DNA from: Vicinamibacterales bacterium
GTDB taxonomy: Bacteria; Acidobacteriota; Vicinamibacteria; Vicinamibacterales; UBA2999
DNA: 64,000 nt
Assembly: GCA_035512515.1 (NCBI GenBank)
Contig: DATKDY010000261.1
Location: 33,575 to 97,574, forward strand
Reading direction: 5' to 3'
Both the position numbers and the translations under genes were made by a program. This document shows, piece by piece, positions 38,136 through 47,131 of the stretch (positions within the stretch are counted from its first letter, which is position 1; every line of letters begins with the position of its first letter). The notes beneath the pieces are model-generated. The model was not told the origin of the DNA. It saw only the letters and a list, made by a program, of their open reading frames with translations, and ran no database searches.

Positions 38136-39530
38136 TCAGAGATAGGTGAGCGGGTCGATCCCTGCCACGGCGGGATCGACGGGGCTGACGACGGTCTGGG
38201 GTCCGCCGGTTTCGCCCGTGGTTTCCCACAGGTTCACGTCGTAGGGGCGCTGAAGTTTCTCGGCCTCGGCGCCGACGATGACGCGCACTTTGGGCCGATA
38301 GGGATCCGGGGCGTAGACCCGAAGCACGACTCCCAGCTCCCCCGTGTCGAGCCGCACGAGATTGCCGGGCGGGTAGATCCCCATCAGTTGCGAGAAGCGC
38401 CGCACCAGGTGCTGGTCGAACTGGATGCCATCGTTTCGTTTGAGCACGGCCAGGATGCGCTCGGACGGGAACGATTGCTGATAGGCGCGCTGCGACCGCA
38501 TCGCGTCATAGACGTCCGCAATGCTGCACAGCATCGTCCCGACGTTGAGCGCGTTGCGCGTGACGCCAAAGGGGTAGCCCGTGCCGTCGAGCCGCAGATG
38601 ATGCTCGAATGCCACCACCGCCGCCAGCGGCGGCATTTCCGGCGTGCGGCGCAGAATCTCTGCGCCGTCCACCACGTGCCTGCGCATGATATCGAATTCC
38701 TGATCCGTCAGCCGGTCCGGTTTGTTCAGGATTTCGACGGGCGTGCGCACCTTGCCGATATCGTGCATCAGGGCGGCGAGGCCGAATTCGCGGAGCAACG
38801 CTCCCTCGATGCCAAGCGCCCGGGCTTGCGCCATGGTCAGGATCGAGACGTTCACCATGTGGGTGAACGTGTAGTTGTCGTACTCCTTCAATGCCGTCAG
38901 CGCCACGAGCGCCGTCCGGTTCTGTGCGACTGCCTGCGCCAGGTTGTCGACCAGTTGCTGCGCCTTCTGAGGGTCGAGATCGCCGTCCTGCTGCGTACCT
39001 TCCCAGAGCGTCCCGGCCAGGTTGACGGCATCGGAGTACAGGCGCCGGATGGTGGCGACATCGGCGGCCGACGTGCTGACGCGATCGTCCAGGCTGATCC
39101 GCCCGACCTTGATGTGAGGCAGCGACTGCAACAGCCCCAGCGGATCGGCGGGCTGGACCCCAGGCCGCCCGGACGAAGTGGCGCGTTCCGGGTGCGCGAG
39201 CGTAGCGATGAGGGTTCGGAGTGCCTCCGCCGTGACGCCACGCTCGAACGCGATGCGCTCGATGCCCACCCCCTGCAAGCGCCGAATGAACTCGCCGTAC
39301 TGCTCGGCCCCCTTCGGCAGCGGCGTGTCGCCGACGACGATTTCCTGTTCGATCAGACCAATGGCAATCGACGGTTGGTCGGCGACCAACTGGGTGATGG
39401 TTTCACCCAACGCATCGAGCGATCGCTGAACGAGGGGATGGCCGCTTGCGTACAGCTGCGCGCTCCGCACGGCGGCGGCAAAGCGCCGCACCGCCTCCTC
39501 CGAGAGCCGCGATCTCCGCCCGGCTTCCAT
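38136..39530 (-). CDS. HD-GYP domain c-di-GMP phosphodiesterase with N-terminal sensor-like domain
   Basis: The product contains ..LMHDIGKVRTP..RRHVVDGAEIL..FEHHLRLDGTGYPFG... The ATG at 39530 overlaps the upstream stop (ATGA-type coupling). Confidence 0.85.
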   Translation of the reverse strand: MEAGRRSRLSEEAVRRFAAAVRSAQLYASGHPLVQRSLDALGETITQLVADQPSIAIGLIEQEIVVGDTPLPKGAEQYGEFIRRLQGVGIERIAFERGVTAEALRTLIATLAHPERATSSGRPGVQPADPLGLLQSLPHIKVGRISLDDRVSTSAADVATIRRLYSDAVNLAGTLWEGTQQDGDLDPQKAQQLVDNLAQAVAQNRTALVALTALKEYDNYTFTHMVNVSILTMAQARALGIEGALLREFGLAALMHDIGKVRTPVEILNKPDRLTDQEFDIMRRHVVDGAEILRRTPEMPPLAAVVAFEHHLRLDGTGYPFGVTRNALNVGTMLCSIADVYDAMRSQRAYQQSFPSERILAVLKRNDGIQFDQHLVRRFSQLMGIYPPGNLVRLDTGELGVVLRVYAPDPYRPKVRVIVGAEAEKLQRPYDVNLWETTGETGGPQTVVSPVDPAVAGIDPLTYL

Positions 39531-41770
39531 CAGCCCGTCCTCCGCTGTATCCGCGGCGCCGGCGCGCTCAATGCCGTCCGGGCGGCACGCCGGACCCCGC
39601 GTCGCCCGTCGCTGGCGGCGTCTTCGAGCGCGCGCTGCGCAGCGTCGGACCCTGCGGCGCGCAACGCGAGGGCGGCCGCGCTGCGTAACCGGTTCGTCCG
39701 TCGTGGCGCCCACCACTCTCCGCGATAGAGGACGTTCTTCAGGGCCTTGACCGATTCAGGATCGCCTCCCAGCTTGCCCAGCGCGTCGATGGCAGACAGA
39801 CAGACCGACTCGAGACGGCCACGGTGGTCGCTATGCTCGAGGATGTAGACGAACAGCGGCGCGGCGCGATCGTCACGGGTCGCCACGAGCACCTGCATGA
39901 TCACGTCACGGGTGCGCGTGTTGCCCGACTTGAGCGCTTCCTGCAAGGTGGCGTAGGCTTCCGCGGTGCCAATTTGAACGATCGCGCGCAGGGCTTCACG
40001 CTGCACGGCGGGCTCCGCATCGTCGAGGAGCCTGGCCAGATCGGGAAGCGCATCGGCACCGCCAAAGGCGCGCAACAGTTCGACGGCGGTTCGTCGCACC
40101 GCGGGATTGGCCGACGAGCGCAATTCATCGGCGTAGCCGCGCCCGGCGGCGCCGAAGCTCAGCAGGACGTCGCGCAACCGCTTGACCGCGGCGCCCTGCT
40201 CACTCGCCAAGGCTTCGGCAAGCGGCCCGATGACCGACGGCCCCAGCGCGCGGCAGAATGCTGAAATGGCCTGCACTTCCGAATCCTGCGCCTGGCGGAT
40301 GAAGAGCACCACGTGGCGCGTCAGAGGTCCGCTGCGCAGGCGCTCGAGACCGCTCCGCGCCGTGTCGGCAAACGGCTGCCCGTCTTCTGCGGCGCCGAGG
40401 ATCGCGTCGAGAACCGGCTGGGCCAATGCTAGATCCCCCGTCAGCACGTGCTGGTGGATGCTCCGAATCGCCGATTCGAGCACGTGCGTCCACGCATCGG
40501 GCCGCGTCTCCAGGGCCAGCAGATCGAGCAGCACCTGATGATCGTGCTGGCGGATGGCCGCTTCGCTCACCGTGGCCAGCCAGGCGCTGACCCGTTCCGG
40601 CGGGTCGTCGCTGACGCGTTCCACTTCGATGGCATGGGCGCGGGCGGTCGCCAACTCACGTCCGTACTCGTCCGACACGAACTTCGAATCGGAGTACGTC
40701 GTCAGCAGATCGGCCGCGCTCTTCCACAGATGCGGGAACTCAGGCTGCCGGCCGATGGGGAGGTTGGCTGCTTCACGTTCGGCCATCTCGAGCAGTTCGC
40801 TGCGCTTGCTTTCGTCCGCGACGAGTGCCTGAAAGGCCTGGGCCAATCGGCCTGTGGCGCCCTGTTCGCGCGATACCGACTGCGCGACGAATTCGGCCAC
40901 CGTCTGGTCCGACAGTCGCGCGCGTACTTCGCCGGGCAGATCGATGCCGGGCGGTCCGCCCTCCTTCGGTGCGCCGGTGGTAATCAGCGTGACGACGAGA
41001 TCCGGGGTCAGGCGCGGCAACACGCCAGAAACCTGCGTCAGAATCCGATCGAGCTGTTCGGGATGGTGGGTTGCCACGAAGTCGGCCAGCGCCTGCAGGA
41101 TGCGCAAGACGACTTCCTTGTTGCCGGCGGCGTTCGACTCCGCCGCTTTCGACACCAACTGCTCGGTGAAGTCCTTGAAACGGTTCGTTTCACCAGCAAT
41201 GTCGAGCAGCGCCGTCATGGCCTCGTCGTTCAGATTGGAGAACTCGCCCTCGAGGTAATTGGCGACGATGCGATCCCAGCCGCCATCGAGTCCACCCGCG
41301 CGTTCGCGCAACACCTCGTTGTAATCAATCTGGCGAATTTCGATCGGGCCGCCGCCGCTCGACATCCACACCCGCTCGATGCCGCCCTCGCCACGGATGT
41401 CCTCGGCCGAGCGGGACAACAGCATCAGAAACGCATGCCACGCCGTATGAGAGACCTCGCCGGTCACGCGCAGTTCGCCGATCAGGTGCAGATGAAGCAG
41501 CGCCGCGAGCTCGCCCAGTGCGCTGTCGGGCTTCACCGCCGAACGGCCATCGAGGAGCACCGCATCCGGGAGCACGGTCAGCACCGCCGCCCCCTGGGAT
41601 CGGAGCCGTTCAGCCGACTCGGCGACGCGGCTGAGTGACGTCTGAATGGCAGGATGCGTCGCGGGGTAGAGCGCCACGACGCGCACGGCCGCCTTGCAGG
41701 CACGCGCGAATTCCGCCAGTCGTGAGGCGTCGTCCGGGGAGAGCGCTTCAGCGGGATCGATCGCGGCCAT
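39530..41770 (-). CDS. large HEAT/ARM-repeat protein whose N-terminus is homologous to the N-terminus of the downstream HD-GYP protein
   Basis: This is a 746-aa helical-repeat protein. The C-terminal part has HEAT-like units (NPAVRRTAVELLRAFG, EPAVQREALRAIVQIG). The N-terminal LAEFARACKAAVRVVALYPATHPAIQTSL aligns with VRRFAAAVRSAQLYASGHPLVQRSL of the next gene. Confidence 0.7.
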   Translation of the reverse strand: MAAIDPAEALSPDDASRLAEFARACKAAVRVVALYPATHPAIQTSLSRVAESAERLRSQGAAVLTVLPDAVLLDGRSAVKPDSALGELAALLHLHLIGELRVTGEVSHTAWHAFLMLLSRSAEDIRGEGGIERVWMSSGGGPIEIRQIDYNEVLRERAGGLDGGWDRIVANYLEGEFSNLNDEAMTALLDIAGETNRFKDFTEQLVSKAAESNAAGNKEVVLRILQALADFVATHHPEQLDRILTQVSGVLPRLTPDLVVTLITTGAPKEGGPPGIDLPGEVRARLSDQTVAEFVAQSVSREQGATGRLAQAFQALVADESKRSELLEMAEREAANLPIGRQPEFPHLWKSAADLLTTYSDSKFVSDEYGRELATARAHAIEVERVSDDPPERVSAWLATVSEAAIRQHDHQVLLDLLALETRPDAWTHVLESAIRSIHQHVLTGDLALAQPVLDAILGAAEDGQPFADTARSGLERLRSGPLTRHVVLFIRQAQDSEVQAISAFCRALGPSVIGPLAEALASEQGAAVKRLRDVLLSFGAAGRGYADELRSSANPAVRRTAVELLRAFGGADALPDLARLLDDAEPAVQREALRAIVQIGTAEAYATLQEALKSGNTRTRDVIMQVLVATRDDRAAPLFVYILEHSDHRGRLESVCLSAIDALGKLGGDPESVKALKNVLYRGEWWAPRRTNRLRSAAALALRAAGSDAAQRALEDAASDGRRGVRRAARTALSAPAPRIQRRTG

Positions 41771-41821
41771 TCTCGAGATAACTCAGTGGATCCACCGCAT
41801 ACGATATATCCTTTCTTCGGT

Positions 41822-43150
41822 TTGAGAGTCGTCGACATCATCCGGTCCAAACGCGACGGCCATGCGCTCTCGCGTGACGCGATCGAGGCGTTCATCCAAG
41901 GCATCACCGACGGATCGTGGACGGACTATCAGGCGTCGGCCCTGCTGATGGCTATCGTGCTGCGGGGCATGACGGCGGAGGAAACCAGCCGGTTGACCGA
42001 TGCCATGGTCCGCTCCGGCCAGCGGGTGGACCTGTCGTCGATTCCGGGCATCAAGGTCGGCAAACACAGCACCGGCGGGGTGGGCGACAAGGTCTCCATT
42101 GTCCTGGCGCCGGTGGCCGCGGCGTGCGGCGTGATCGTGCCGAAGATGTCGGGCCGCGGCCTGGGCCACACCGGTGGCACTCTCGACAAACTGGAATCCA
42201 TTCCGGGGTTTCGCGTCGCCCTTTCGCTCGACGAGTTCATCGCCATCCTGCGCGACGTCGGGTGTTGCCTCATCAGCCAGACCAGGGACGTCGCGCCCGC
42301 TGACAAACGGCTGTACGCGCTTCGGGACGTGACCGCGACGATTGAGAGCATTCCGCTCATCTCCGCGTCGGTCATGAGCAAAAAACTCTCCGAGGGCAGC
42401 GACGCCGTCGTGCTCGACGTCAAGTGCGGGAGCGGAGCCTTCATGAAGGGCCGCGACGAGGCGTTGGCGCTGGCCCGATCACTGGTGTCCATCGGGGAAT
42501 CGCACGGCGTGCGCACCGAAGCCTTCATCACCAACATGGACACGCCGCTCGGGGGCGCTGTTGGCAATGCCCTGGAGATTGCGGAGTGCATCGACACGCT
42601 CAAGGGCGCGGGCCCCCCCGATCTCGTGGCGCTCATCGTCCGGCTCGGAACGCGCATGGTGCAGTTGGCGAACCGGGCCAATAGCGAGGCCGAGGCCGAG
42701 GCCTGCGTGCGCAACGCGCTCGAGTCCGGCGCGGCCTTGGGCAAGTTTCAGGAGATGCTCGTGCGGCAGGGGGGAGACGCCGGCGTGATCGACGATGCTG
42801 GCAAGCTGCCGCAGGCGCGGAGCCGCAAGTACATCGAAGCGGCCGCCGCCGGTTACATCACCCGCCTGGATGCCGAAGCGGTGGGGCGCGCGGCCGTCAT
42901 GCTGGGCGCCGGGCGCGCCCGCGTGGATGCGCCAATCGATCTGGCCGCTGGCGTCACGGTGTTGAAGAAACCAGGCGATGCGATCAATCAGGGTGACTCT
43001 GTGCTCGCCTTGCATTACAACGAGGGGCGCCAACTGGACGAAGCCATTCGGCTCGCCGAATCCGGCATCGACATCGGCGACACGCCGCCCCCGGCGACGC
43101 CGCTGGTACTCGGCTGGGTCCATGCACAAGGGGAGATGAGCTATGTATGA
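41822..43150 (+). CDS. deoA: thymidine/pyrimidine-nucleoside phosphorylase
   Basis: The product contains IIRSKRDGHALS..DYQASALLMAI..KHSTGGVGDKVS..KMSGRGLGHTGGTLDKLESIPGF. The start is TTG 41822, or GTG 41786. Confidence 0.9.
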   Translation: MRVVDIIRSKRDGHALSRDAIEAFIQGITDGSWTDYQASALLMAIVLRGMTAEETSRLTDAMVRSGQRVDLSSIPGIKVGKHSTGGVGDKVSIVLAPVAAACGVIVPKMSGRGLGHTGGTLDKLESIPGFRVALSLDEFIAILRDVGCCLISQTRDVAPADKRLYALRDVTATIESIPLISASVMSKKLSEGSDAVVLDVKCGSGAFMKGRDEALALARSLVSIGESHGVRTEAFITNMDTPLGGAVGNALEIAECIDTLKGAGPPDLVALIVRLGTRMVQLANRANSEAEAEACVRNALESGAALGKFQEMLVRQGGDAGVIDDAGKLPQARSRKYIEAAAAGYITRLDAEAVGRAAVMLGAGRARVDAPIDLAAGVTVLKKPGDAINQGDSVLALHYNEGRQLDEAIRLAESGIDIGDTPPPATPLVLGWVHAQGEMSYV

Positions 43151-44490
43151 CTGACGCGGCGCCGGTTCGAACCGATGGACGATTGCGCCTCCTCGCCGTC
43201 GCCGTGGCGATCGTGGTGCCCGCTATCGCCTGGGCGATGGCCGACGTGATCGGCTACCGCGGGCAAGCGGGCGCCGGCGCGATCTGCTTCATCGCCATTT
43301 GTGCCGCGTGCTCGACCAATCTAAGCGCGGTCAGCTGGCGAACCGTGCTCTGGGGCATTGCCCTGCAGTTGACCCTCGCCCTCTTCATCCTGAAATTTCA
43401 GATCGGCGATTTTCGACCCGGGTATGCCCTGTTCAGCGCTGTCGCGAACATCGTCAGGCGGTTTCTCGAGTTCACCAACGCGGGTTCGTACTTCGTGTTC
43501 GGCGCGCTGGCGAATCAGGAGGTGATGGGGAAGGTGCTGGGGCCTGAGAACGGCTTCATCTTCGCGTTTGCCGCGCTGCCGACCATCATCTTCATCTCGG
43601 CGTTCTTCACCGTCCTTTACTACTTCGGGGTCCTCCAGGTCATCGTGTGGCTGATGGCGCGCGGGATGATGTACGCGCTGCGGACGAGCGGCGCGGAAAC
43701 CCTGGCGAGCGCGGCCAATGTGTTCATGGGGCAGACCGAAGCTCCCATCATTGTCAAACCCTATGTGGCGGCGATGACACGGTCCGAGCTGCTGGCAATG
43801 ATGGTGGGCGGGATGGCGACGATCTCCGGCGGCGTGATGGCGGTCTACATTGGGCTGGGCGCGGACCCGATCGCCATTTTGACCACCAGCGTGATGGCGG
43901 CGCCCTGCGGGCTGTATCTCGCCAAGCTGCTCCTGCCCGAAACGGAAGAACCCGAAACCCGCGGTGACATTCAGCTGCGCATCGAGCGACGGCACGTCAA
44001 CGTCATCGATGCCGCGGCCTCGGGTGCCAGCGACGGTCTGAGCCTCGCGCTGAACGTCGCTGCCATGCTAATCGCGTTTCTCGCCTTCATCGCGCTGGTC
44101 GATGCCCTGCTCGGCTGGGCCTGGCCCGGGCTGACGCTGGCATCGATCTTTTCCATCGTGTTTGCTCCGGTGGCGTTTCTGATGGGGGTGCCGTCGCAGG
44201 ACATCCCGGCCGTGGCAGACCTGCTGGGGACCAAGCTTGTCGCCAACGAGTTCGTCTCGTTCGTAAAGCTCACGACGGAGTATCGGGACATCGATCCGCG
44301 CAGTTACATCCTCGCGACGTATGCGCTGACGGGGTTCGCCAATCTTGGCTCGATTGGCATTCAGCTGGGCGGCATTGGCGCGATGGCCCCGAGCCGGCGC
44401 GGCGATTTGGCGCGGCTGGGGTTCCGCGCGTTGCTGGCCGGGTTCATCGCGACGCTGGTCAACGCATGCGTCGCCTCCATGCTGTTGTAG
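43147..44490 (+). CDS. nupC: NupC/NupG-family concentrative nucleoside transporter
   Basis: It is a polytopic membrane protein with CNT motifs (GTKLVANEFVSF, ALTGFANLGSIGIQLGGIG). Its ATG overlaps the deoA stop. Confidence 0.9.
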   Translation: MTDAAPVRTDGRLRLLAVAVAIVVPAIAWAMADVIGYRGQAGAGAICFIAICAACSTNLSAVSWRTVLWGIALQLTLALFILKFQIGDFRPGYALFSAVANIVRRFLEFTNAGSYFVFGALANQEVMGKVLGPENGFIFAFAALPTIIFISAFFTVLYYFGVLQVIVWLMARGMMYALRTSGAETLASAANVFMGQTEAPIIVKPYVAAMTRSELLAMMVGGMATISGGVMAVYIGLGADPIAILTTSVMAAPCGLYLAKLLLPETEEPETRGDIQLRIERRHVNVIDAAASGASDGLSLALNVAAMLIAFLAFIALVDALLGWAWPGLTLASIFSIVFAPVAFLMGVPSQDIPAVADLLGTKLVANEFVSFVKLTTEYRDIDPRSYILATYALTGFANLGSIGIQLGGIGAMAPSRRGDLARLGFRALLAGFIATLVNACVASMLL

Positions 44491-44492
44491 GT

Positions 44493-45326
44493 GTGCGCGC
44501 ATTGACCACTGAATATTTCGATCAGGTCACCGAAGCCGCCGAGTGGCTTCGCGGTAAGGGATTTGGCGGCGGAGACGTGGCGCTGGTGCTCGGTTCCGGC
44601 CTCGGCTCGTTTGCCGAAACGATGCCGGAAGCGTTCGGCGTCGACTATGCGGAGATCCCGCATTTTCCGGCCTCGCCCGTCATCGGCCATGCCGGGCGGT
44701 TCGTCGGCGGCACGGTGCGCGGCCGTCATGTGCTGGCGTTGTCGGGACGCGCGCATTATTACGAAGGGCACGACCTGCGCACGGTGACGTTTGCGGTGCG
44801 CGTGCTGGGCCGACTCGGCATTCGCACGCTCATCCTGACCAACGCGGCCGGTGGGATCAACACCGCCCTCACGTCGGGCTCGCTCATGATCATCGACGAC
44901 CACATCAATCTGCTCGGAAGCAACCCGCTCGTGGGACAGCACGACGACCGATTCGGCCTGAGGTTTCCTGACATGACCGAAGTGTACTCGGCGCGGCTGC
45001 GGGGGCTGGCCGACGCCACGGCGGGCGAAATCGGGTTGCCCGTCCGGCACGGCGTGTACATCGCCGTTCACGGGCCAAGTTACGAAACGCCGGCCGAGAT
45101 CCGCGCGTTCCGCACCCTGGGCGCCGATGCGGTCGGGATGTCCACGGTCCCGGAGGCCATCGTGGCGCGGCAGATGAACCTCGAGGTGCTGGGAATCTCG
45201 TGCATCTCGAACATGGCGGCTGGCGTCCTGCCGCAGCCGTTGCACCATGACGAGGTGATGCAGACGACGCGTCGCGTGCGCGAGCAGTTCATCGCGCTGC
45301 TGGAGGGCATCATTGGCCGGCTCTGA
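44493..45326 (+). CDS. punA: purine nucleoside phosphorylase (trimeric PNP/PunA family)
   Basis: The product contains LVLGSGLGSFAE..HFPASPVIGHAGRFVGG..GRAHYYEG..LILTNAAGGIN..IIDDHINLLGSNPL..GPSYETPAE..GADAVGMSTVPE. Confidence 0.9.
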   Translation: MRALTTEYFDQVTEAAEWLRGKGFGGGDVALVLGSGLGSFAETMPEAFGVDYAEIPHFPASPVIGHAGRFVGGTVRGRHVLALSGRAHYYEGHDLRTVTFAVRVLGRLGIRTLILTNAAGGINTALTSGSLMIIDDHINLLGSNPLVGQHDDRFGLRFPDMTEVYSARLRGLADATAGEIGLPVRHGVYIAVHGPSYETPAEIRAFRTLGADAVGMSTVPEAIVARQMNLEVLGISCISNMAAGVLPQPLHHDEVMQTTRRVREQFIALLEGIIGRL

Positions 45327-45708
45327 CGCGCTCTTTGACGCCGCCCGCGCGGCCCGCGATCACGCGATTGCCGACTACTCGCAGTTCAGAGTCGGCGCCG
45401 CGCTCGAGACCACCGACGGCCGCGTCATCTCCGGCTGCAATATCGAAAACGCGTCCTACGGGCTCACGATGTGCGCGGAACGCGTCGCGATGTTCAAGGC
45501 GCTGTCGGAGGGGCATCGTGATTTTCCGCGGATCCTCATCCTCGCGGACACGGCCGAGCCGACGCCGCCGTGCGGCGCCTGCCGCCAGATACTTTGGGAG
45601 TTCGGCGGCAACATGGAGATCCTTCTCGCCAACCTCACGCGCGTCACCGCCGCCCACCGGCTCGGCGAACTTCTCCCCGCCGCCTTCGACCGGCGGTTCC
45701 TTCGCTAA
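45313..45708 (+). CDS. cdd: cytidine deaminase
   Basis: The product contains FRVGAAL..GCNIENASYGLTMCAERVA..PCGACRQ, the zinc motifs CAE and PCGxCRQ. The start is TTG. Confidence 0.9.
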   Translation: MAGSDALFDAARAARDHAIADYSQFRVGAALETTDGRVISGCNIENASYGLTMCAERVAMFKALSEGHRDFPRILILADTAEPTPPCGACRQILWEFGGNMEILLANLTRVTAAHRLGELLPAAFDRRFLR

Positions 45709-45760
45709 CCAGCCAGGGGCTCTGCCCTTGATATCCCCTCGGGAGACGTCTTGGCTGGTT
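45707..45760 (+). terminator. hairpin after cdd (9-bp outer stem AACCAGCCA/TGGCTGGTT with inner AGGGG/CCCCT stem); no U-tract
   Basis: This is a direct read. The function is uncertain because mtnA follows in the same orientation. Confidence 0.3.
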
Positions 45761-45811
45761 GGCTATTACTCTCGGCGCGCTCCGCGCGCTGAGTCGGCGT
45801 GAGAGAATCCG

Positions 45812-46876
45812 GTGGAGATGCTTCCGACGATTGAGTGGAGGGGCGATGTGATCGTGATGGTGGACCAGCGCAAGCTGCCATCGCATGAGGTGTATGTGCA
45901 ATGCAAGACCGCCACCGACGTCGCCAAAGCCATCAGGACGATGGTCATTCGGGGTGCGCCCGCAATCGGGGTTGCGGCGGGGATGGGCATCGCGCTCGGG
46001 ATGGAGCGGAGCAAGCAGACCGGCACCCGGCAGTTCGCGACGGAGTTCCAGAAAACGTGCGATCTGATGGCCAGCACTCGTCCGACAGCCGTCAACCTGT
46101 TCTGGGCCATCGACCGGATGAAACAATGCTTCTCGGACGGGGCGCTGGCCGGCGAATCGGTCGATCAGCTGAAAGCGCGGCTCAAAACCGAAGCGGTGAA
46201 AATCCACGACGAAGATGTGGCGGGCTGCCGGGCAATCGGCGCGTACGGCGCGACGCTGGTCCCGGCCGAGGCTCGCATCCTCACACACTGCAACGCCGGC
46301 GCCCTGGCGACGGCCGGTTATGGCACCGCCCTGGGCGTGATTCGTGGGGCCATCGAAGCCGGCAAGCGCGTCAAGGTGCTGGCGGACGAAACGCGGCCGT
46401 TTCTTCAGGGATCACGATTGACGGCCTGGGAGTTGATGAAGGACGGTATCGACACGACCGTGATCACCGACAGCATGGCCGGGGCGCTGATGCGCGACGC
46501 CCAAATCGATCTCGTCGTCGTCGGGGCGGATCGGATTGCGGCCAACGGGGATACGGCCAACAAGATCGGCACGTACACGGTTGCGGTTCTCGCCCGCGAG
46601 CATGGAATTCCGTTCTATGTCGCGGCGCCGTGGTCCACTGTCGATCTGTCGACGAGCGACGGCAGCGACATCCCGATCGAGGAGCGGCACAGAAAAGAGG
46701 TGACGCACGTCGGCAGCATTCAGCTCGCGCCAGACGGCGCGCAGATCCGCAACCCCGCATTTGACGTCACGCCGCATCGGTTCATCACGGCCATCATCAC
46801 CGAACGCGGAATTTTTCACCCGCCCTTTGGAAAGACCCTGGCGGGAGGGAACCAAGAACTAAGAACTAAGAACTAA
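45812..46876 (+). CDS. mtnA: S-methyl-5-thioribose-1-phosphate isomerase
   Basis: The product contains [71 protein letters not shown]. The last 7 codons and the TAA are supplied by the GAACTAA repeat. Confidence 0.9.
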   Translation: MEMLPTIEWRGDVIVMVDQRKLPSHEVYVQCKTATDVAKAIRTMVIRGAPAIGVAAGMGIALGMERSKQTGTRQFATEFQKTCDLMASTRPTAVNLFWAIDRMKQCFSDGALAGESVDQLKARLKTEAVKIHDEDVAGCRAIGAYGATLVPAEARILTHCNAGALATAGYGTALGVIRGAIEAGKRVKVLADETRPFLQGSRLTAWELMKDGIDTTVITDSMAGALMRDAQIDLVVVGADRIAANGDTANKIGTYTVAVLAREHGIPFYVAAPWSTVDLSTSDGSDIPIEERHRKEVTHVGSIQLAPDGAQIRNPAFDVTPHRFITAIITERGIFHPPFGKTLAGGNQELRTKN

Positions 46877-47126
46877 GAACGGAACTAAGAACGACACGAA
46901 CGACGGAACGACGGAACGACATGAACGACGGAACGACACGAACAGCGGAACGACACGAACAGCGGAACGACATGAACAGCGGAACGACATGAACAGCGGA
47001 ACGACACGAACAGCGGCACGAGGAACGACCCGAAAGAACGGCACGAGGAACCATACGAGGAACGACACGAGGAACGACACGAGGAACGAACCGACACGAG
47101 GTACGAAGCAGCGCCGAGAGCCGAGA
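46849..47126. repeat. ~280-nt strand-asymmetric, nearly T-free array of GAAC-initiated units (GAACTAA x4, GAACGAC(G/AC/AT), 17-mer GAACAGCGGAACGACAY x4.5, GAGGAACGACAC x3) ending in GCCGAGAGCCGAGAG
   Basis: This is a direct read. The 17-mer copies are at 46940-47016. There is no reverse-complement partner nearby. Confidence 0.92.
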
Positions 47127-47131
47127 GTCGA

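Noticed and set aside
46849-47126. Possible CRISPR array (also considered for 22948-23093, 52001-52075 and 16813-16927)
   Set aside because: The units are only 7-17 nt and directly abut each other with no unique spacers. There are no cas genes in the window. These are tandem repeats, not CRISPR.
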